In this document: positions 1-13,275 of the stretch, one piece after another
Position numbering within the stretch: position 1 is the stretch's first letter
How the letters are laid out: the number at the start of each line of letters is the position of its first letter
Origin: an uncultured Alphaproteobacteria bacterium
Lineage (GTDB): Bacteria > Pseudomonadota > Alphaproteobacteria > Micropepsales > Micropepsaceae
Length of the DNA stretch: 64,000 bases
Direction of reading: 5' to 3'
NCBI GenBank assembly: GCA_963773575.1
Contig: CAVZBS010000006.1
Span: 68,905-132,904 of the forward strand
Program-made: the position numbers and the translations under genes
The notes under the pieces: model-generated
What the model was told of the DNA's origin: nothing
What the model saw: only the letters and a program-made list of their open reading frames with translations
The model's database searches: none

Positions 1-1931
1 ATCAGCCGCGCCACCGCGTGTTTCTCCATGAACTCGCTCATGTCGATGCGCACCATGGCGGTATCGTCGTCGAACAGAAAGCTGGCCAGCGCCTTGGTCA
101 ATTCGGTCTTGCCCACCCCGGTCGGGCCCAGGAACAGGAACGACCCGATGGGACGGTTGGGGTCCTGCAGGCCGGCCCGGGCCCGGCGCACCGCATTGGA
201 AATGGCCCGCACCGCCTCGTCCTGGCCGACCACCCGCTGTTCCAGCGAAGCTTCCATGTGCAACAGCTTCTCGCGCTCGCCTTCCAGCATCTTGTCCACC
301 GGGATGCCGGTCCAGCGCGAAACCACCTGCGCGATATTCTCCGCCGTCACCGCTTCGTTGACCAAGGCGGCGCTGTTCTTCTCGTCGATTTCGCGGATGC
401 GCTTTTCCAGGGTCGGGATCTCGCCATAGGTGAGCTCGCCGGCGCGGGCGAAATCGCCGCGGCGCTGGGCGATCTCGACTTCCTGGCGCGCGGCGTCCAG
501 CCTTTCCTTCAGGCTTTGGACATCGGCCACGGATTTCTTCTCTTCCTGCCATTTGGCGGTAAGCGTGGCGGACTTGTCCTCCAATTCGCCCAGATCATGC
601 TCCAGCGCCGCCAACCGGTCCTGGGAGGGTTTGTCGCTTTCCTTTTTCAGCGCCTCGCGCTCGATCTTCATCTGCACGATGCGGCGGTCGAGCTCGTCCA
701 GCGCTTCCGGCTTGGAATCCACCTGCATGCGCAGCCGCGATCCCGCCTCGTCCATCAGGTCGATGGCCTTGTCGGGCAGAAATCGGTCGGTGATGTAGCG
801 GTTGGACAAGGTCGCCGCCGCCACGATGGCCGCATCGGTGATGCGCACCCCGTGGTGGACCTCGTATTTCTCCTTCAGTCCGCGCAGGATGGAGATGGTG
901 TCTTCCACCGTCGGTTCGTTGACGAAGACCGGCTGGAAGCGCCGCGCCAGGGCGGCGTCCTTCTCGATATATTTGCGGTATTCGTCCAGGGTGGTGGCGC
1001 CGACGCAATGCAGTTCGCCCCGCGCCAGCGCCGGCTTGAGCAGATTGGAGGCGTCCATCGCGCCTTCCGCCTTGCCGGCGCCCACCAGGGTGTGCAACTC
1101 GTCGATGAAAAGAATGATCTTGCCGGCCGCGGCGGTGATTTCGCCCAGGACGGCCTTCAACCGCTCCTCGAACTCGCCGCGGAATTTGGCGCCCGCGATC
1201 AGGGCGCCCATGTCCAGCGCCATCAGCTTCTGGTCGCGCAAGGATTCCGGCACATCGCCATTGACGATGCGCAACGCCAACCCTTCGGCGATGGCGGTCT
1301 TGCCCACCCCGGGCTCGCCGATCAGGACCGGATTGTTCTTGGTGCGGCGGGACAGCACCTGGATGGTGCGGCGGATTTCCTCGTCGCGGCCGATCACCGG
1401 ATCGAGCTTGCCGTTGCGCGCCGCCTCGGTGAGGTCGCGGGCATATTTCTTGAGCGCGTCATAGGCGTTCTCCGCCGTGGCGCTGTCGGCGCTGCGCCCC
1501 TGGCGCAGATCGGCGATCGCCTTGTTGAGGCCCTGGGGGGTGGCGCCGGCGTCCTTCAGCATGCGGGCGGTCTCACCCGACATGGCGAGCGCCAGCAGCA
1601 GATATTCGGCGGTGACGAAGGAATCTCCCGCCTTCTTGGCCGCCTGCTCGGCCGCATCCAGCAACCGCGCGGTTTCGCCCGCCAGATAGACCTGCCCCGA
1701 CCCGCCTTCGACCTTGGGCAGCCTGGCCAGCGCCCGGTCATTGGCCTGGCGCACAACCGCGTCACTGCCGCCCGCCGCCTTGATCAGGCGCGCCGCCAGT
1801 CCTTCCTCGTCGTCGAGAAGGACCTTCAAAAGATGTTCAGGAGTGAATTGCTGATTTCCGGAGCGGAGCGCCAAGCCTTGCGCGGACTGAATGAAGCCGC
1901 GCGACCGCTCGGTGAATTTCTCGATGTCCAT
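1..1931 (-). CDS. clpB: ATP-dependent chaperone ClpB (3' end runs off the window)
   Basis: Minus strand reads [13 protein letters not shown]...[38 protein letters not shown] (Walker A); GGAGG RBS upstream of ATG 1931. Confidence 0.95.
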   Translation of the reverse strand, partial: MDIEKFTERSRGFIQSAQGLALRSGNQQFTPEHLLKVLLDDEEGLAARLIKAAGGSDAVVRQANDRALARLPKVEGGSGQVYLAGETARLLDAAEQAAKKAGDSFVTAEYLLLALAMSGETARMLKDAGATPQGLNKAIADLRQGRSADSATAENAYDALKKYARDLTEAARNGKLDPVIGRDEEIRRTIQVLSRRTKNNPVLIGEPGVGKTAIAEGLALRIVNGDVPESLRDQKLMALDMGALIAGAKFRGEFEERLKAVLGEITAAAGKIILFIDELHTLVGAGKAEGAMDASNLLKPALARGELHCVGATTLDEYRKYIEKDAALARRFQPVFVNEPTVEDTISILRGLKEKYEVHHGVRITDAAIVAAATLSNRYITDRFLPDKAIDLMDEAGSRLRMQVDSKPEALDELDRRIVQMKIEREALKKESDKPSQDRLAALEHDLGELEDKSATLTAKWQEEKKSVADVQSLKERLDAARQEVEIAQRRGDFARAGELTYGEIPTLEKRIREIDEKNSAALVNEAVTAENIAQVVSRWTGIPVDKMLEGEREKLLHMEASLEQRVVGQDEAVRAISNAVRRARAGLQDPNRPIGSFLFLGPTGVGKTELTKALASFLFDDDTAMVRIDMSEFMEKHAVARL

Positions 1932-2006
1932 ATCGCCTCCCGCCTGCCCCAGAAGACGGGCACAGGCAACCAAGATACGGCCTCAGAGGAGCGCCGTTCG
2001 AGCCAG

Positions 2007-2035
2007 ATATGGGAAAGCGGAACCCCGCCCGCAAG
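2007..2035 (-). promoter_or_regulatory. RpoH (sigma32)-type promoter of clpB
   Basis: Minus strand CTTG-N18-CCCATAT upstream of a heat-shock gene; fits the alphaproteobacterial RpoH consensus. Confidence 0.6.
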
Positions 2036-2136
2036 GGGGATTCCGGCTTTTGTCCCAGCTTTTCCGGCCTGCTGGGTCGGCCTGCCGAAGGCTTGGAAAA
2101 GTATCCGCCAACAGGATGGCTGGAACGGAAGACGGC

Positions 2137-2580
2137 CTAAGGCGCTTCCGCCTCCTCGTCTTCCTCCTCTTCCGCGCCGCCATCGGTCAACGAGAAGGAA
2201 GGGGCGCTGGCCTGCTGCGGGACTTGCTGGACTTGCTGGCCGCCGGCCGGATCGCCGGCCGGACGGCCGGGATTTTGTGCCGCCTGCTGCGCCTGATATT
2301 GCGCCGCCTGGGCCTGCTGGGCGGCCATGATGCGGAAATAATGCTCCGCATGCTGAAGATAATTCTCGGCCGTCACCCGGTCGCCGCTGGAATTGGCGTC
2401 GCGGGCGAGCTGGAGATACTTCTCATAGACATGGTTGGCGGAACCGCGGATTTTGACCTCCGGCCCCGAGGAATCGAAGGTGCGGTTGGGATTGAATCCA
2501 CCACCGCCGCCGCCGCCGGTATTGTGACCGCCGCCGTTATTGTGTTGCGGCCTGCGACCGCCTCTGCGTGAGCGCTTCAT
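2137..2580 (-). CDS. DUF4167 domain protein
   Basis: NRTFDSSGPEVKIRGSANHVYEKYLQLARDA...ENYLQHAEHY motif; usual position between prmC and clpB. Confidence 0.85.
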   Translation of the reverse strand: MKRSRRGGRRPQHNNGGGHNTGGGGGGGFNPNRTFDSSGPEVKIRGSANHVYEKYLQLARDANSSGDRVTAENYLQHAEHYFRIMAAQQAQAAQYQAQQAAQNPGRPAGDPAGGQQVQQVPQQASAPSFSLTDGGAEEEEDEEAEAP

Positions 2581-2796
2581 TGAGCCCCTTTTGCTTTAAT
2601 AAATCCGTCGTTGTCGCGCGGCCCACATGCAGCACATCTGCGGTGCGGCGCGTCCTGTTCGCGTTTTGAGTCCCCTGCCCGGTCTCACGCAACTCGTGAG
2701 GCCACCTCGCAGTTCCGCTCTGGTGAGCCACCGCAAGGGGAATCTTCGGATCCCTTCGCAGAAGAAGGTAATCGCGCGGGCCTGTCTTTCCAAGCC

Positions 2797-3651
2797 CTAA
2801 TTTGGCTTTTTCAGCACCAAAGCACGCGGAATCCCGGCCAAATCGGGCACAATTCGCCGGACAGTCAGATTTTGAAACAGCTGTTCCACCTGCCCGGCCT
2901 GGCCCTGGCCCAGTTCCAGCACCGCCACGCCGCCGGATTTGAGCAGGCGCGGCGGCAGGCCGGCCAGGTTGCGATAGGCCTCGAGCCCGTCCGGCCCCCC
3001 GTCCAGCGCCGCCCATGGTTCATAAAGCCGCACCTCCGGCGCAAGCCGGCCGATCTCACCGCTTGGGATATAGGGCGGGTTGGAGAGGATGAGATCGAAG
3101 GTCTCGGTGCCGGCATCCGACCAGTCCTCACCGGCAAGCGCGCAGCGCCCGTCAAATCCAAGCGCCCGCAAATTGGCCCGGGCATAGGCCATGGCTTCCG
3201 GCGACCGTTCGAAGCCCACGCCGCGCGCGTTGGGAAACTCCTTCAGGGCGGCGGCCAGGAGCGCGCCGGAGCCCGTACCCAGATCGGCAATAGAGAGCGC
3301 GGCATCCCGGTCCGGAAATTCCGCCAGCGCCGCGTCGATCAGGGTTTCACTTTCCGGGCGGGGCACCAGGACACCCGGCCCCACCTGAAAATCCATGCTC
3401 CAAAATTCCTTGCGGCCGGTGATATAGGCCACAGGTTCCCGCCCCAGCCGCCGGGCGAGCAGATTTTCGAAAAGATCGGCCTCGGACCGGCTCGGCGGAC
3501 GGACGGCGGCGATCAGTTCGTCGCGGCTGATCCCCAGCGCCTGGGCCATCAGGATGCGCGCATCCAGCCTGGCGCCGTCCAGGCCGGCAGCCTTGAGGCG
3601 TTCTGCCGCCCCATGAAGCAGATCGCGAATGGAAAGGCTTTCCACCCTCAC
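2797..3651 (-). CDS. prmC: Release factor glutamine methyltransferase
   Basis: DLGTGSG and NPPY motifs; GTGA overlap with the prfA stop. Confidence 0.93.
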   Translation of the reverse strand: MRVESLSIRDLLHGAAERLKAAGLDGARLDARILMAQALGISRDELIAAVRPPSRSEADLFENLLARRLGREPVAYITGRKEFWSMDFQVGPGVLVPRPESETLIDAALAEFPDRDAALSIADLGTGSGALLAAALKEFPNARGVGFERSPEAMAYARANLRALGFDGRCALAGEDWSDAGTETFDLILSNPPYIPSGEIGRLAPEVRLYEPWAALDGGPDGLEAYRNLAGLPPRLLKSGGVAVLELGQGQAGQVEQLFQNLTVRRIVPDLAGIPRALVLKKPN

Positions 3652-4730
3652 GCGTCGGCCGCCTCGAATTGGGCCAGCCGGTCGGCCTGGTCCTGGGCCA
3701 CCAGCGCGTCGATCACCTCGGACAGTTCGTCGCCGCTGATAATGCGGTCGAGCTTGTAGAGCGTCAGATTGATGCGGTGATCGGTGACCCGGCCTTGCGG
3801 AAAATTGTAAGTGCGGATGCGCTCGGAGCGGTCGCCCGATCCCACCATGCTTTTGCGCTCGGCGGCGCGGGCACCCTCGACTCGCTGCCGTTCCAGATCG
3901 AAAAGCTTGGCCTTGAGCAGCTTCATCGCCTGGGCCTTGTTCTTGTGCTGGGATTTTTCGGTCTGCTGGGCCACCGCGATGCCGGTCGGCAGATGGGTGA
4001 TGCGCACCGCGCTTTCGGTCTTGTTGACATGCTGGCCGCCGGCGCCCTGGGCGCGATAGACATCGATGCGCAAATCCTTGTCGTTGACCGCGATATCGAC
4101 GTCCTCGGCTTCCGGCAGCACCGCCACGGTGGCCGCCGAGGTGTGGATGCGGCCGCTGGCCTCGGTCACCGGCACCCGCTGCACCCGATGCACCCCGCTC
4201 TCGAATTTGAGCTTGGCATAGGCGCCGCGGCCATTGACCTCCAGGACCGCGTCCTTGATCCCGCCCAGATCGCTGTCGGTGATGTCCATCACTTCGGTGC
4301 GCCAGCCCTGAAGGCCGCAATAGCGCTGATACATCTGAAGCAGGTCGGCCGCGAACAGGGCCGCCTCGTCGCCGCCGGTGCCGGCGCGGATTTCCACGAT
4401 GGCCGATGAGGAGTTCGCTGCATCCTTCGGCAGAAGCTGGATTTTCAATTCCTGATCCAGGTCTTCCAGCCTCTGCTTCAATTCGGCTTTTTCCTGCTCA
4501 GCCAGGCTGCGGATTTCGCCGCCGCCGGAGGGATCGGCGATCAGGGCCTCGGCATCCTCGATCTGCGACAGGGTCTTGCGATAGGCACGGGCGGCCTCGA
4601 TCACCGGCGCCAGTTCGGCGTGCTCGCGGGAAAGTTTGACGAATTGGGCTCCGGCGGCGCCGGACGCCATTTCGCTCTCGATCGCGGCAAAACGGTCGAG
4701 CAGGCGCTCCAATTTCGCGGCGGGGATCAT
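3648..4730 (-). CDS. prfA: Peptide chain release factor 1
   Basis: PVT anticodon motif, [23 protein letters not shown]. Confidence 0.97.
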   Translation of the reverse strand: MIPAAKLERLLDRFAAIESEMASGAAGAQFVKLSREHAELAPVIEAARAYRKTLSQIEDAEALIADPSGGGEIRSLAEQEKAELKQRLEDLDQELKIQLLPKDAANSSSAIVEIRAGTGGDEAALFAADLLQMYQRYCGLQGWRTEVMDITDSDLGGIKDAVLEVNGRGAYAKLKFESGVHRVQRVPVTEASGRIHTSAATVAVLPEAEDVDIAVNDKDLRIDVYRAQGAGGQHVNKTESAVRITHLPTGIAVAQQTEKSQHKNKAQAMKLLKAKLFDLERQRVEGARAAERKSMVGSGDRSERIRTYNFPQGRVTDHRINLTLYKLDRIISGDELSEVIDALVAQDQADRLAQFEAADA

Positions 4731-4739
4731 ACGCGCACG

Positions 4740-5892
4740 CTACTGCGCGGCTTCGAGCGGCTCCGGCGTTTGCTCGGACGCGCCGCCGCGCTCGGCTTCG
4801 ATCTCCGCGGCCTTCTTTTCGCAAAGCGCGACGATGTGGTCCACCAGATCGGCATTGTCGAGCCGATAGCTGGGCTTTCCGTTGAGATAGATCTGGCCAT
4901 GGCCCTTGCCGGCGCCGCCGCCGGTGAAGCCCAGATCGGTCTCGCGCGCCTCACCCGGCCCATTCACCACGCAGCCGATGACCGAAAGCGACATCGGCGT
5001 GGAGATGTGCTTCAGCCGGTCCTCCAGCACCTTCACCGTGTCGATCACGTTGAAGCCCTGGCGGGCGCAGCTGGGGCAGGAAATGATATTGACGCCGCGA
5101 TGGCGCAGATTGAGCGACTTGAGGATATCGAATCCGACCCGCACTTCCTCGACCGGATCGGCGGACAGCGAAACCCGGATGGTGTCGCCGATCCCGCTCC
5201 ATAGCAACATGCCCATGCCGATGGAGGATTTGACGGTGCCGGGGATCATGCCCACCCGCCTCGGTGATTCCCAGATGGATGGGGCAGTCGATCGCTTCCG
5301 ACAGGGCCTGATAGGCGGCCACCGCCAGGAACGGGTCCGACGCCTTGGCGGAAATCTTGTATTCGCGGAAATCGAGATCATCGAGAATCTTGGCATGGTT
5401 GAGGGCGCTCTCCACCATCGCTTCCGGGCAGGGCTCGCCATAGCGTTCCAGAAGCTCCGGCTCCAGTGAACCGGCATTGACCCCGATCCGCATGGAACAG
5501 CCATGATCCTTGGCCGCCTGCACCACTTCGCGCACCCGGTTGGCGTTTCCGATATTGCCGGGATTGATCCGAAGGCAGGCCGCCCCGTTCACCGCCGCCT
5601 CGATGGCGCGCTTGTAGTGAAAATGAATGTCGGCCACCACCGGAATCCGGGCCGCCTTGGTGATCGCCTTCATCGCCTTGGTGGCGTCCTCGTCCGGGCA
5701 GGAGACGCGCACAATGTCGGCGCCGGCTTCCTCGATGCCGCGGATCTGCTCGATGGTGGCGCGGGCGTCGCCGGTGATGGTGTTGGTCATGGTCTGCACC
5801 GTGATCGGCGCGTCGCCGCCCACCGGAACATTGCCGACCATGATCTGGCGCGACTTGCGCCGGTGAATATCGCGGTATGCCCGAATGCTCAT
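4740..5892 (-). CDS. ispG: HMBPP synthase IspG (frameshift near 5250)
   Basis: [22 protein letters not shown] joined to [14 protein letters not shown] and SCPSCARQ across two frames. Confidence 0.93.
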
Positions 5893-5914
5893 ATTGGGTC
5901 CTTCTTAAGCCGGC

Positions 5915-6899
5915 TTAATGGCTGTAACGGTCGGCGATGGCCTGAGGGTCCATCGCCAGGTCCGCGAGGCTCTGGGACTCGCCTCCCGCCATGCCCATCT
6001 TCTGCCCGTCCAGGTCCACTTCCAAGGCACCGGCATTGGTGGTCGAAAGCGACAACCCCACCAGATTGGGCATCCGGTAGGAATCGCCCGCCCTCAGATT
6101 GCGGTTGATATAGACCATGCCGCTGGCGCCTTTGACTGTAACATGGGTATCGCCCTGGGCTTTGAGAACAACCCGGGGATTGAGATTCTTCTCCCCATAG
6201 ACGGTTCCGGTATCCGGCCGGGGGCGCGGGAAGCTGGGCCAATGCCGGGCTTGGCTGGGCGCTGGGCTCGGCCGCGCGACTAGTTTTTGCCGGCGCCGGT
6301 TCCGGAGCCGCCGCCTGGGCCGGGCTGGGTGACAGCGCGGGCGCAGGCGCGACCGGCTGCGGTACGACCGGCTGCGGCGATCGCGACCGCAGCTCTTGGC
6401 GCAAGCGGCGGCGGCGGCGGCACAGTCTGCGGCGTCGAGCCCGCGAACAACAGATGATAGATGCCATAGCCCACCGTCAGCAGCACCACGCCCGCCACGA
6501 TGCGCCAGCCCTGCGGCAGGCGGCGGGGTTCGTCGCGGCATGGGCGGCATTGTCGGCGTATGTCCGTCGGGACGTCCGGCGATTTCGCGCTTATAGCGGT
6601 CGACGGCTTCCGCCACGTCCAGCCCGAGATACCCGGCATAGCTGCGCACGAAAGCCGATGGCGTAGGTCTTGCCCGGAAGCTGTTCGAGACGGCCTTCCT
6701 CGACCGCCTCCAAATGGTCCTTGCGGATCTTCAGGGCGCGCGAAACCGCGGCGAGGTCGTCGCCGCGGCGCTGGCGGGCGGCGCGCAACTCCGATCCGAC
6801 CGTGTCCATCGGCGCGTCGTTGTCGCCGGAAATCTCGCGCAAATGGATGCGCCGGCGCGCCCCATTATCGTCGACATTCAAGTGGGTGACTTTGACCAT
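5915..6899 (-). CDS. rodZ: RodZ-like HTH / DUF4115 protein (frameshifted)
   Basis: N-terminal HTH (ALKIRKDHLEAVEEG..LPGKTYAIGF), TM segment, Pro/Ala linker, C-terminal NAGALEVDLDG; upstream of ispG. Confidence 0.75.
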
Positions 6900-7052
6900 C
6901 GGAAAATCAAGTCCGAACGCGGAAAACAGCCCCGGTTCCAGTTAACATATTGTCACGGCTATCATATCCAAATTATGGCATGGAACAACCTAAGGCGCCG
7001 CTAAGGCCGCCAGGATCCCAGATTTCCTCCAGAATTTCCAATCATTAACCGG

Positions 7053-9313
7053 CTATTTCAGGACGATGCCCCGTTCGGCGGCAAAGGCCGAAAGCCGGGT
7101 CCGCAGGGAATGGTCCGTCCGCCCGCATAGCCGGTCCACAAAGGCCGACACCTCGCCCAGATGGAGGCTCCGAATCATCATCTTGATCGGGCCGATCTGG
7201 CCGGGCTGCATCGAGAGGGTGCGTATCCCAAGGCCCAGCAGCGCCATCGCGTCCAGGGGCCGGCCCGCCATCTCGCCGCACAGCGACAGGTCGCCGGAAT
7301 TTTCCGCCGCGCTTTGCACGATCAGCCGGATCAGGGTGAGCGAAGCCGGATTGAGATTGTCGTAGCGCCGCGCCACCCGGGGATTGGTGCGGTCCACCGC
7401 AAAAGCCAGGGACAGAAGGTCGTTGGACCCGATCGAGACGAAATCCGCCGAACGCATCAGCTGCGGCAGCATGAAGGCCAGCGCCGGCACCTCCAGCATG
7501 GCGCCGACCAGGACCTGGGTCGGACGGGTGAGATTCATCAGCCGGGCGCGCTCCAACTCGCGGTCGACCAGGGCGCGGGCGCGGTTGAACTCGTCGACAT
7601 CGCTCACCATCGGCAGCAGAATGCGCAGGGTCCGCCCCGCCGACGCCATCAACAGCGCGCGGACCTGATAGCGCAGCAAGCGCCGGACGATCGAGCGCGA
7701 TCCGGATGGCGCGCCAGCCCAGCGCCGGATTTTCCTCCCGCTCCCAGCGCGCATAAGGCAGGACCTTGTCGCCGCCCAGATCCAGGGTACGGAAGATCAC
7801 CGGCTTGTCGCCGGCCGCGTCCAGGATCGATTTGTAGAAGCCGCACTGGTCCTGCAGCCTGGGCATGGTCTCGCCCAGCATGAATTGCAGTTCGGTGCGG
7901 AACAGGCCGATCCCGTCCGCGCCCGACTCCTTCAGATGCGGCATGTCGAGCTCCAGCCCGGCATTCATCATCAGCTTGATGGCGACGCCGTCCTTGGTGA
8001 CCGCAGGCATGTCGCGGATGGCCGCAAAGCGGGCCTGGGCCTGACGCCGCAGGCTGCGCTTCTCCACAAAGGCCGCCACGATCTCGCCGGGCGGGCGCAG
8101 ATGCACCTCGCCGGTCTCGCCATCCGCCACAATGGCGTCGCCCGCCCGCGCGCTGTCGGCGATGCCCTCGAGCGCGGAGACCAGCGGCAGGCCCATGGAC
8201 CGCGCCACGATGGCGACATGGGAGGTCGCCGCCGCCTCCTCCAGCGCCAGGCCCACCAGCTTCTCGCGCCCATAATCCAGCAGTTCGGCCGGACCCATGT
8301 TGCGGGCCACCAGAATGGCGTCGCGCGGCAGGCTTTCTCCGGGCATGGCCGTCGCCGGTGAGATGGCGCAGCAGCCGGCGCGCCAGATCGTCAAGGTCGT
8401 GCGCGCGCTCGCGCAGCAAGGGATCGCCCAGCCGCTGCACCCGCAGCCTGGTCTCGTCCTGCACCCGCTCGACCGCCGCCTCCGCGGTCAGACCGGTGCG
8501 GACCGCGTCGCGCATGCGCTGGCGCCAGCCCTGGTCATAGGCGAACAGCCGGTACGCCTCGATCACTTCCCGGCCCTCGCCGGTCAGATCGAGTTCGGAG
8601 GAGACCAGCATCTGGTCCACGCTCTCGCGCAGGGAGGCGATGGCCTCCTCCAGCCGCTTCAACTCGTCCAGCGGATTGTCCGCGATCATGCGGTCGACCC
8701 GGACCCGCGGCTCGTGCAGCACCACATGTCCCACCGCGACGCCTTCGGAGAGGCCGTCGCCGAAGAATTTGCGCGGCCGGTCGACCCGGAGCTCCGGCTC
8801 GTCCAGCTCGGCGATGTTGAAGAACCCGTTCTGGGCCACCACCTCGGCCAGCACCATGGCGACGGTCTGCAGCGCCTCGACCTCTTCCTCGGCATAGATC
8901 CGCTCGGCCTTGTTCTGCACCGTCAGCACGCCGAACACCTGGCCGCCGCGCACGATCGGCACGCCCAGGAAAGTCTTGTAGGGATCCTCGCCGGTTTCCG
9001 GGCGGTAGGAGAAATGCGGATCCGACGGCGCGTCGGAGAGATTGACCGCTTCGGCGGTCTCGCAGACCAGGCCGACCAGGCCCTCGCCTTCGCGCATCCT
9101 GGTGGTGTGGACCGCGGTCCGGTTGAGGCCCTCGGTGGCGAACAATTCCAGCATCTTGCCGGCGCGGCGGAGATAGATCGAGCAGACCTCCGCCACCATG
9201 TTGGAGGCGATGACCGCGACCAGCTTGTCCAGCCGCATCTGGGCGGAGGTCTGCTCCGCCATGATCTCGCGCAGGCGGCGGAGCAGCAGGCGTGGGCCGC
9301 CGGCGGTGGACAT
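7053..9313 (-). CDS. ptsP: PTS enzyme I-Ntr with GAF domain (frameshifted)
   Basis: AEVCSIYL GAF domain, TSHVAIVAR phospho-His, GIGLFRTE, FVSIGSNDL across three frames. Confidence 0.93.
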
Positions 9314-9440
9314 CAGGTCAATCCAGACATGTCAGGGCCCAAGGGACGGAAGACTCCTTGCCCAAACCATATACAGGGTCCCCAAAATCGGCGGAGAATT
9401 TTCTCGTGCCGGGGCGCGCGCGCCGGCCGGTCCTGCGGCC

Positions 9441-10703
9441 TCAGGCGGCGTCCAACTCGTAGGCCGAATGCAGCGCCCGGACCGCCAGCTCGACATATTC
9501 CTCGTCGATCAGCACACTGACCTTGATCTCGGAGGTCGAGATCACCTGGATGTTGATGCCCTTGTCGGACAGGGTGCGGAACATGGTCTGGGCGACGCCG
9601 GGATGGGCGCGCATGCCGATGCCGATGATCGAGACCTTGGCGACATTGGCGTCATGGGTCACGTCGCGATAGCCGATTTCCTGGGCATGCGCTTCGATCG
9701 CGGCCAGCGCCCGGGCAAGCTCGCTGCGCGCCACGGTGAAGGTGAGGTCGGTCTGGCGGCCGTCCTCGGAGACATTCTGCACGATCATGTCGACATTGAC
9801 GCCGCTGTCGGCCAGGGGACCGAAGATGGCGGCCGCCACCCCCGGCCGGTCCGGAATCTTGTGCAGGGTGATCTTGGCTTCGTCGCGGCTATAGGCGATG
9901 CCGGTGACCGGTTTCTTTTCCACGATGTCTTCCTCGTCGCAAAGCAGAGTGCCGCCTGAATCGGGCGTGAAGGTCGAAAGCACCCGGGTCGGGCACGCGG
10001 TGGAGCATGGCGATTTCCACCGAGCGGGTCTGCAGGACTTTGGCGCCCAAGGACGCCATTTCCAGCATTTCCTCGAAGGCGATCTTCTCCAGCCGCCGCG
10101 CCTTGGGCACGATGCGCGGATCGGTGGTATAGACCCCGTCCACGTCGGTGTAGATGTCGCAGCGTTCCGCCCCGATCCCGGCCGCGACCGCCACCGCGGA
10201 AGTGTCCGAACCGCCGCGGCCGAGGGTGGAAATCCGCCCGCCCGGCGCGATCCCCTGAAAGCCCGCCACCACCGCGACTTCGCCCCGGGCCATGCTGGCC
10301 GTCATATCCCCGGCGCGGCACGCCCTCGATCCGGGCGGCGCCATGCACCGCGGAGGTCTGGATCGGGACCTGCCAGCCCAGCCAGGAGCGGGCCTGGATG
10401 CCCATGGCGTTCAGGGTGATCGCCAGAAGCCCGGCCGTCACCTGCTCGCCCGCCGCCACGACCACGTCATATTCGCGCGGATCCGGAATCGCCTGGGCGG
10501 GGTTGTTGCTGCCCGGATTCGGGGCGGGCGGCTTCATTGGTCCAGGCCACCAGCTTGTTGGTCTCCCCGGCCATGGCCGAGACCACCACCGCCACCTCGA
10601 TTGCCGCGTTCGACTTCGCGCTTGACCAGAGCTGGCCACATGGCGAATGCGCGCCAGGTCGGCCACCGAAGTGCCGCCGAATTTCATCGCAATTTTCGGC
10701 CAT
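9441..10703 (-). CDS. lysC: Aspartate kinase (frameshifted)
   Basis: [27 protein letters not shown], two ACT domains ending [10 protein letters not shown]. Confidence 0.93.
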
Positions 10704-10786
10704 GAGTGCCTGAAGCCCGGTTTGCCCTGCCCGATTTGGCGGCCTACATAGACGGGGCGGCTTTCCCGCTCAACCCTCGAAACGTC

Positions 10787-11656
10787 ATGACAGATTCCGT
10801 TTCCCTGGACAGTTCCGTAGACCCGGCCGAGATCGCCAAATTCTCGGCCCTGGCGGCCGAATGGTGGGACCGCCAAGGTAAATTCGCGCCCCTGCACAAA
10901 TTCAATCCCCTGCGGCTCGGCTTTATCCGCGACCAGGCGGCGGCGCATTTCGGACGCGATGGCCGCTCGCTCAAGCCGTTCGAGGGGTTGTCGCTGCTGG
11001 ATATCGGCTGCGGCGGCGGGCTTCTGGCCGAGCCCATGGCGCGCATGGGTTTTGCCGTCACCGGTGCCGATGCCTCGGCAAGGAATATCGGAACCGCCCG
11101 GGCCCATGCCGCCCAATCCGGCCTCGTCATCGACTACCGCGCCGTCTCGGCGGAGGCGCTGGCGGCCGAAGGCCGGAGCTTCGACCTGGTGCTCAACATG
11201 GAAGTGGTCGAGCATGTCGCCGATGTCGAAGCCTATCTCGCCGCCTCGGCCCGGCTGATGCGGCCCGGCGGCCTTACCATCATCGCCACCTTGAACAAGA
11301 CCCTGAAGTCGCTGGCCCTGGCCAAGTTCGCGGCGGAATATGTGCTGGGCTGGATGCCCCGCGGCACCCATGACTGGAACCGCTTTATTCCGCCGGACCA
11401 TCTTCAGGAAATACTTGAGAAAGCCGGACTATCCCTATTGAAAACACAGGGTGTTTTTTTTGATGTGCTGACCTGGGATTGGCGGTTGTCGTCCGATGTG
11501 GACGTGAATTACATGATGGTGGCGACCAAGCCGGCGGCTGATTCTTGCGTCCGGTCCCGCGATCAGTTCGCGCCGTCCAGGTCGGGCGGCAAGGGCGCGA
11601 CATCGACACCTTCCTCCACCAGCTCGCGGGCTTCCTCGACCGTGGTCTCGCCGTAA
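10787..11656 (+). CDS. ubiG: Ubiquinone biosynthesis O-methyltransferase (true stop probably near 11541)
   Basis: [36 protein letters not shown]. Confidence 0.93.
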   Translation: MTDSVSLDSSVDPAEIAKFSALAAEWWDRQGKFAPLHKFNPLRLGFIRDQAAAHFGRDGRSLKPFEGLSLLDIGCGGGLLAEPMARMGFAVTGADASARNIGTARAHAAQSGLVIDYRAVSAEALAAEGRSFDLVLNMEVVEHVADVEAYLAASARLMRPGGLTIIATLNKTLKSLALAKFAAEYVLGWMPRGTHDWNRFIPPDHLQEILEKAGLSLLKTQGVFFDVLTWDWRLSSDVDVNYMMVATKPAADSCVRSRDQFAPSRSGGKGATSTPSSTSSRASSTVVSP

Positions 11657-11979
11657 ATGTGACGCTCGGCGGTTTCGCCATAATGGATCTTGCGCGCTTC
11701 TTCGGCGAAATTCACGCCCACATATTCGGCGTTTTCCTGAACATATTTGCGCAAGCCGGTCATGAATTGGCGCATCTGGCGCGCGTCCGGTTTGGCCTGC
11801 TCGGGTTCGCGCTCGCTGCCCGCCACTGCCGGCGCCATGATCGCTTTTTCAATCCGGCGCGAATTGCAGGCGGGGCAAGACAGCTTGCCATCCGCGGACT
11901 GCGCGTCGAAGGCCGCGCTGTCCCGAAACCAGCCTTCGAATTCGTGGCCGTTCCTGCAGCGCAGATTATAGACGATCAC
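11563..11979 (-). CDS. DUF1178 family protein
   Basis: [32 protein letters not shown]. Confidence 0.9.
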   Translation of the reverse strand: MIVYNLRCRNGHEFEGWFRDSAAFDAQSADGKLSCPACNSRRIEKAIMAPAVAGSEREPEQAKPDARQMRQFMTGLRKYVQENAEYVGVNFAEEARKIHYGETAERHIYGETTVEEARELVEEGVDVAPLPPDLDGAN

Positions 11980-12056
11980 GCCGGTACCGCTCCTCTACGA
12001 CTGATCGAATGTATGCGGATTGAGATTTACGCAAGCGTCAACCTGGAATCGCTCGC

Positions 12057-12876
12057 TCATAAGGTAAATTCCCGATCATGCCCCAAGCTCGGAACCTTGG
12101 CCCGGGCCTCCGCCGACTAGGGCCGGATCGATGTCGGCGGCAAAGAAGCCCGGCTCGGTGCCGCCCTCCGCCAGGATGTCGCCCCAGGGGCCGACAATCA
12201 GACTATGGCCATAGGTCCGCCGGCCATTGGCATGCAGGCCGCCCTGCGCCGGCGCGATCACAAAGGCGCCGTTCTCGATGGCGCGGGCCCGCAGCAGGAC
12301 ATGCCAGTGCGCCTTGCCGGTGGTTTCGGTGAAAGCCGACGGCGCGGTGAAGGCAAAGGCGCCCTTCTTCGCCATCGCGCGATAGAGCCGGGGAAAGCGG
12401 ATATCGTAACAGACCGAAAGACCGATCCGCCCCCAGGGGGTCTCGGCCACCACCGCTTCTCCGCCGCCCGCCACGGTATTGGATTCGCGGTATTTCTCGC
12501 CCGACGGCAAATCCACATCGAACAGATGGATCTTGCTGTAGCGCGCGGCGATCGCGCCCTTCGGAGAAATCAGAAAGGACCGGTTGGCGGTCTTGGTTTC
12601 GCTCGCCTTGATCGCCAGCGATCCCACCAGCAGCCAGATGCCCAATTCCTTGGCCAGTTCGCCAAAGGCGGGCAGCGCCGGATCATGCGCCTCGTCAAAG
12701 CTCTGGGCGAGCTTGGCGCCGCCATCCGGCGCCATCAACGTCGTATTCTCGGGCGTGGCGATGAATTGGGCGCCGTCCTTGGCCGCGGCCCGAATAAGCT
12801 CCGCGGCATCGCGGATATTCTCCGCGACATCGTCGCCGGAGCGGAGTTGGACACAGGCGGCGCGAAAGCTGCTCAA
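12057..12876 (-). CDS. Carbon-nitrogen hydrolase (Nit1-like); frameshift near the 3' end
   Basis: TPE, YSKIHLFDV, SVCYDIRFP, ARAIEN catalytic motifs. Confidence 0.9.
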
Positions 12877-12949
12877 GGACTGCGGCTCCGGTTGTTCGTC
12901 GGCGCGATTGCACGGGCATTTTCGGGACGGCGCGACCGAAAAGTCCAGA

Positions 12950-13204
12950 TCAGCCCAGCAACGGATCAAGCTTGCCGTCCCGGTCCAGGGCATAAAGCTC
13001 CTCGCAGCCCCCCACATGGGTGTCGCCGATGAAGATCTGCGGCACGGTGCGGGCGCCGCCGGACTTGCAAAGCATCTCATCCAGCGCCTCTTGATCCATC
13101 ATCACGTCCACTTCCGCGAAGGCGGCGCCTTTCTTGCTCAACAGCGTCTTGGCGCGGACGCAATAGGGGCAAAAGGGGGTGGTGTAGATGGTGACCGGTT
13201 TCAT
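12950..13204 (-). CDS. grxC: Glutaredoxin 3
   Basis: CPYC, TVPQIFIG, GGC. Confidence 0.95.
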   Translation of the reverse strand: MKPVTIYTTPFCPYCVRAKTLLSKKGAAFAEVDVMMDQEALDEMLCKSGGARTVPQIFIGDTHVGGCEELYALDRDGKLDPLLG

Positions 13205-13275
13205 GAAAATATCAGCCGGACCGGCGGCATTCTCCAAACTTGGTCCGGCATCCGCGACTCTGGCCGGACGGGAAT

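Noticed and set aside
18-2330. 770-aa plus-strand ORF and similar long ORFs (19154-21457, 29472-31196, 34995-37028, 37583-39739)
   Set aside because: Antisense shadows of clpB, secA, cobS, scpA and the helicase caused by high-GC codon bias; no recognisable motifs.
5905-5918. TTAA-N6-TTAA as a CtrA box
   Set aside because: Spacing is 6 rather than 7 and it overlaps a stop codon inside an operon.
11540-11656. UbiG C-terminal extension overlapping the DUF1178 gene
   Set aside because: A TGA lies one base out of frame at about 11539-11541; a single indel explains the overlap.
12877-12949. Weak hairpin TTTTCGG...CCGAAAA with CGCGACC between the nitrilase gene and grxC
   Set aside because: It may be a decayed copy of the secA/cobS element, but the similarity is too short to support.
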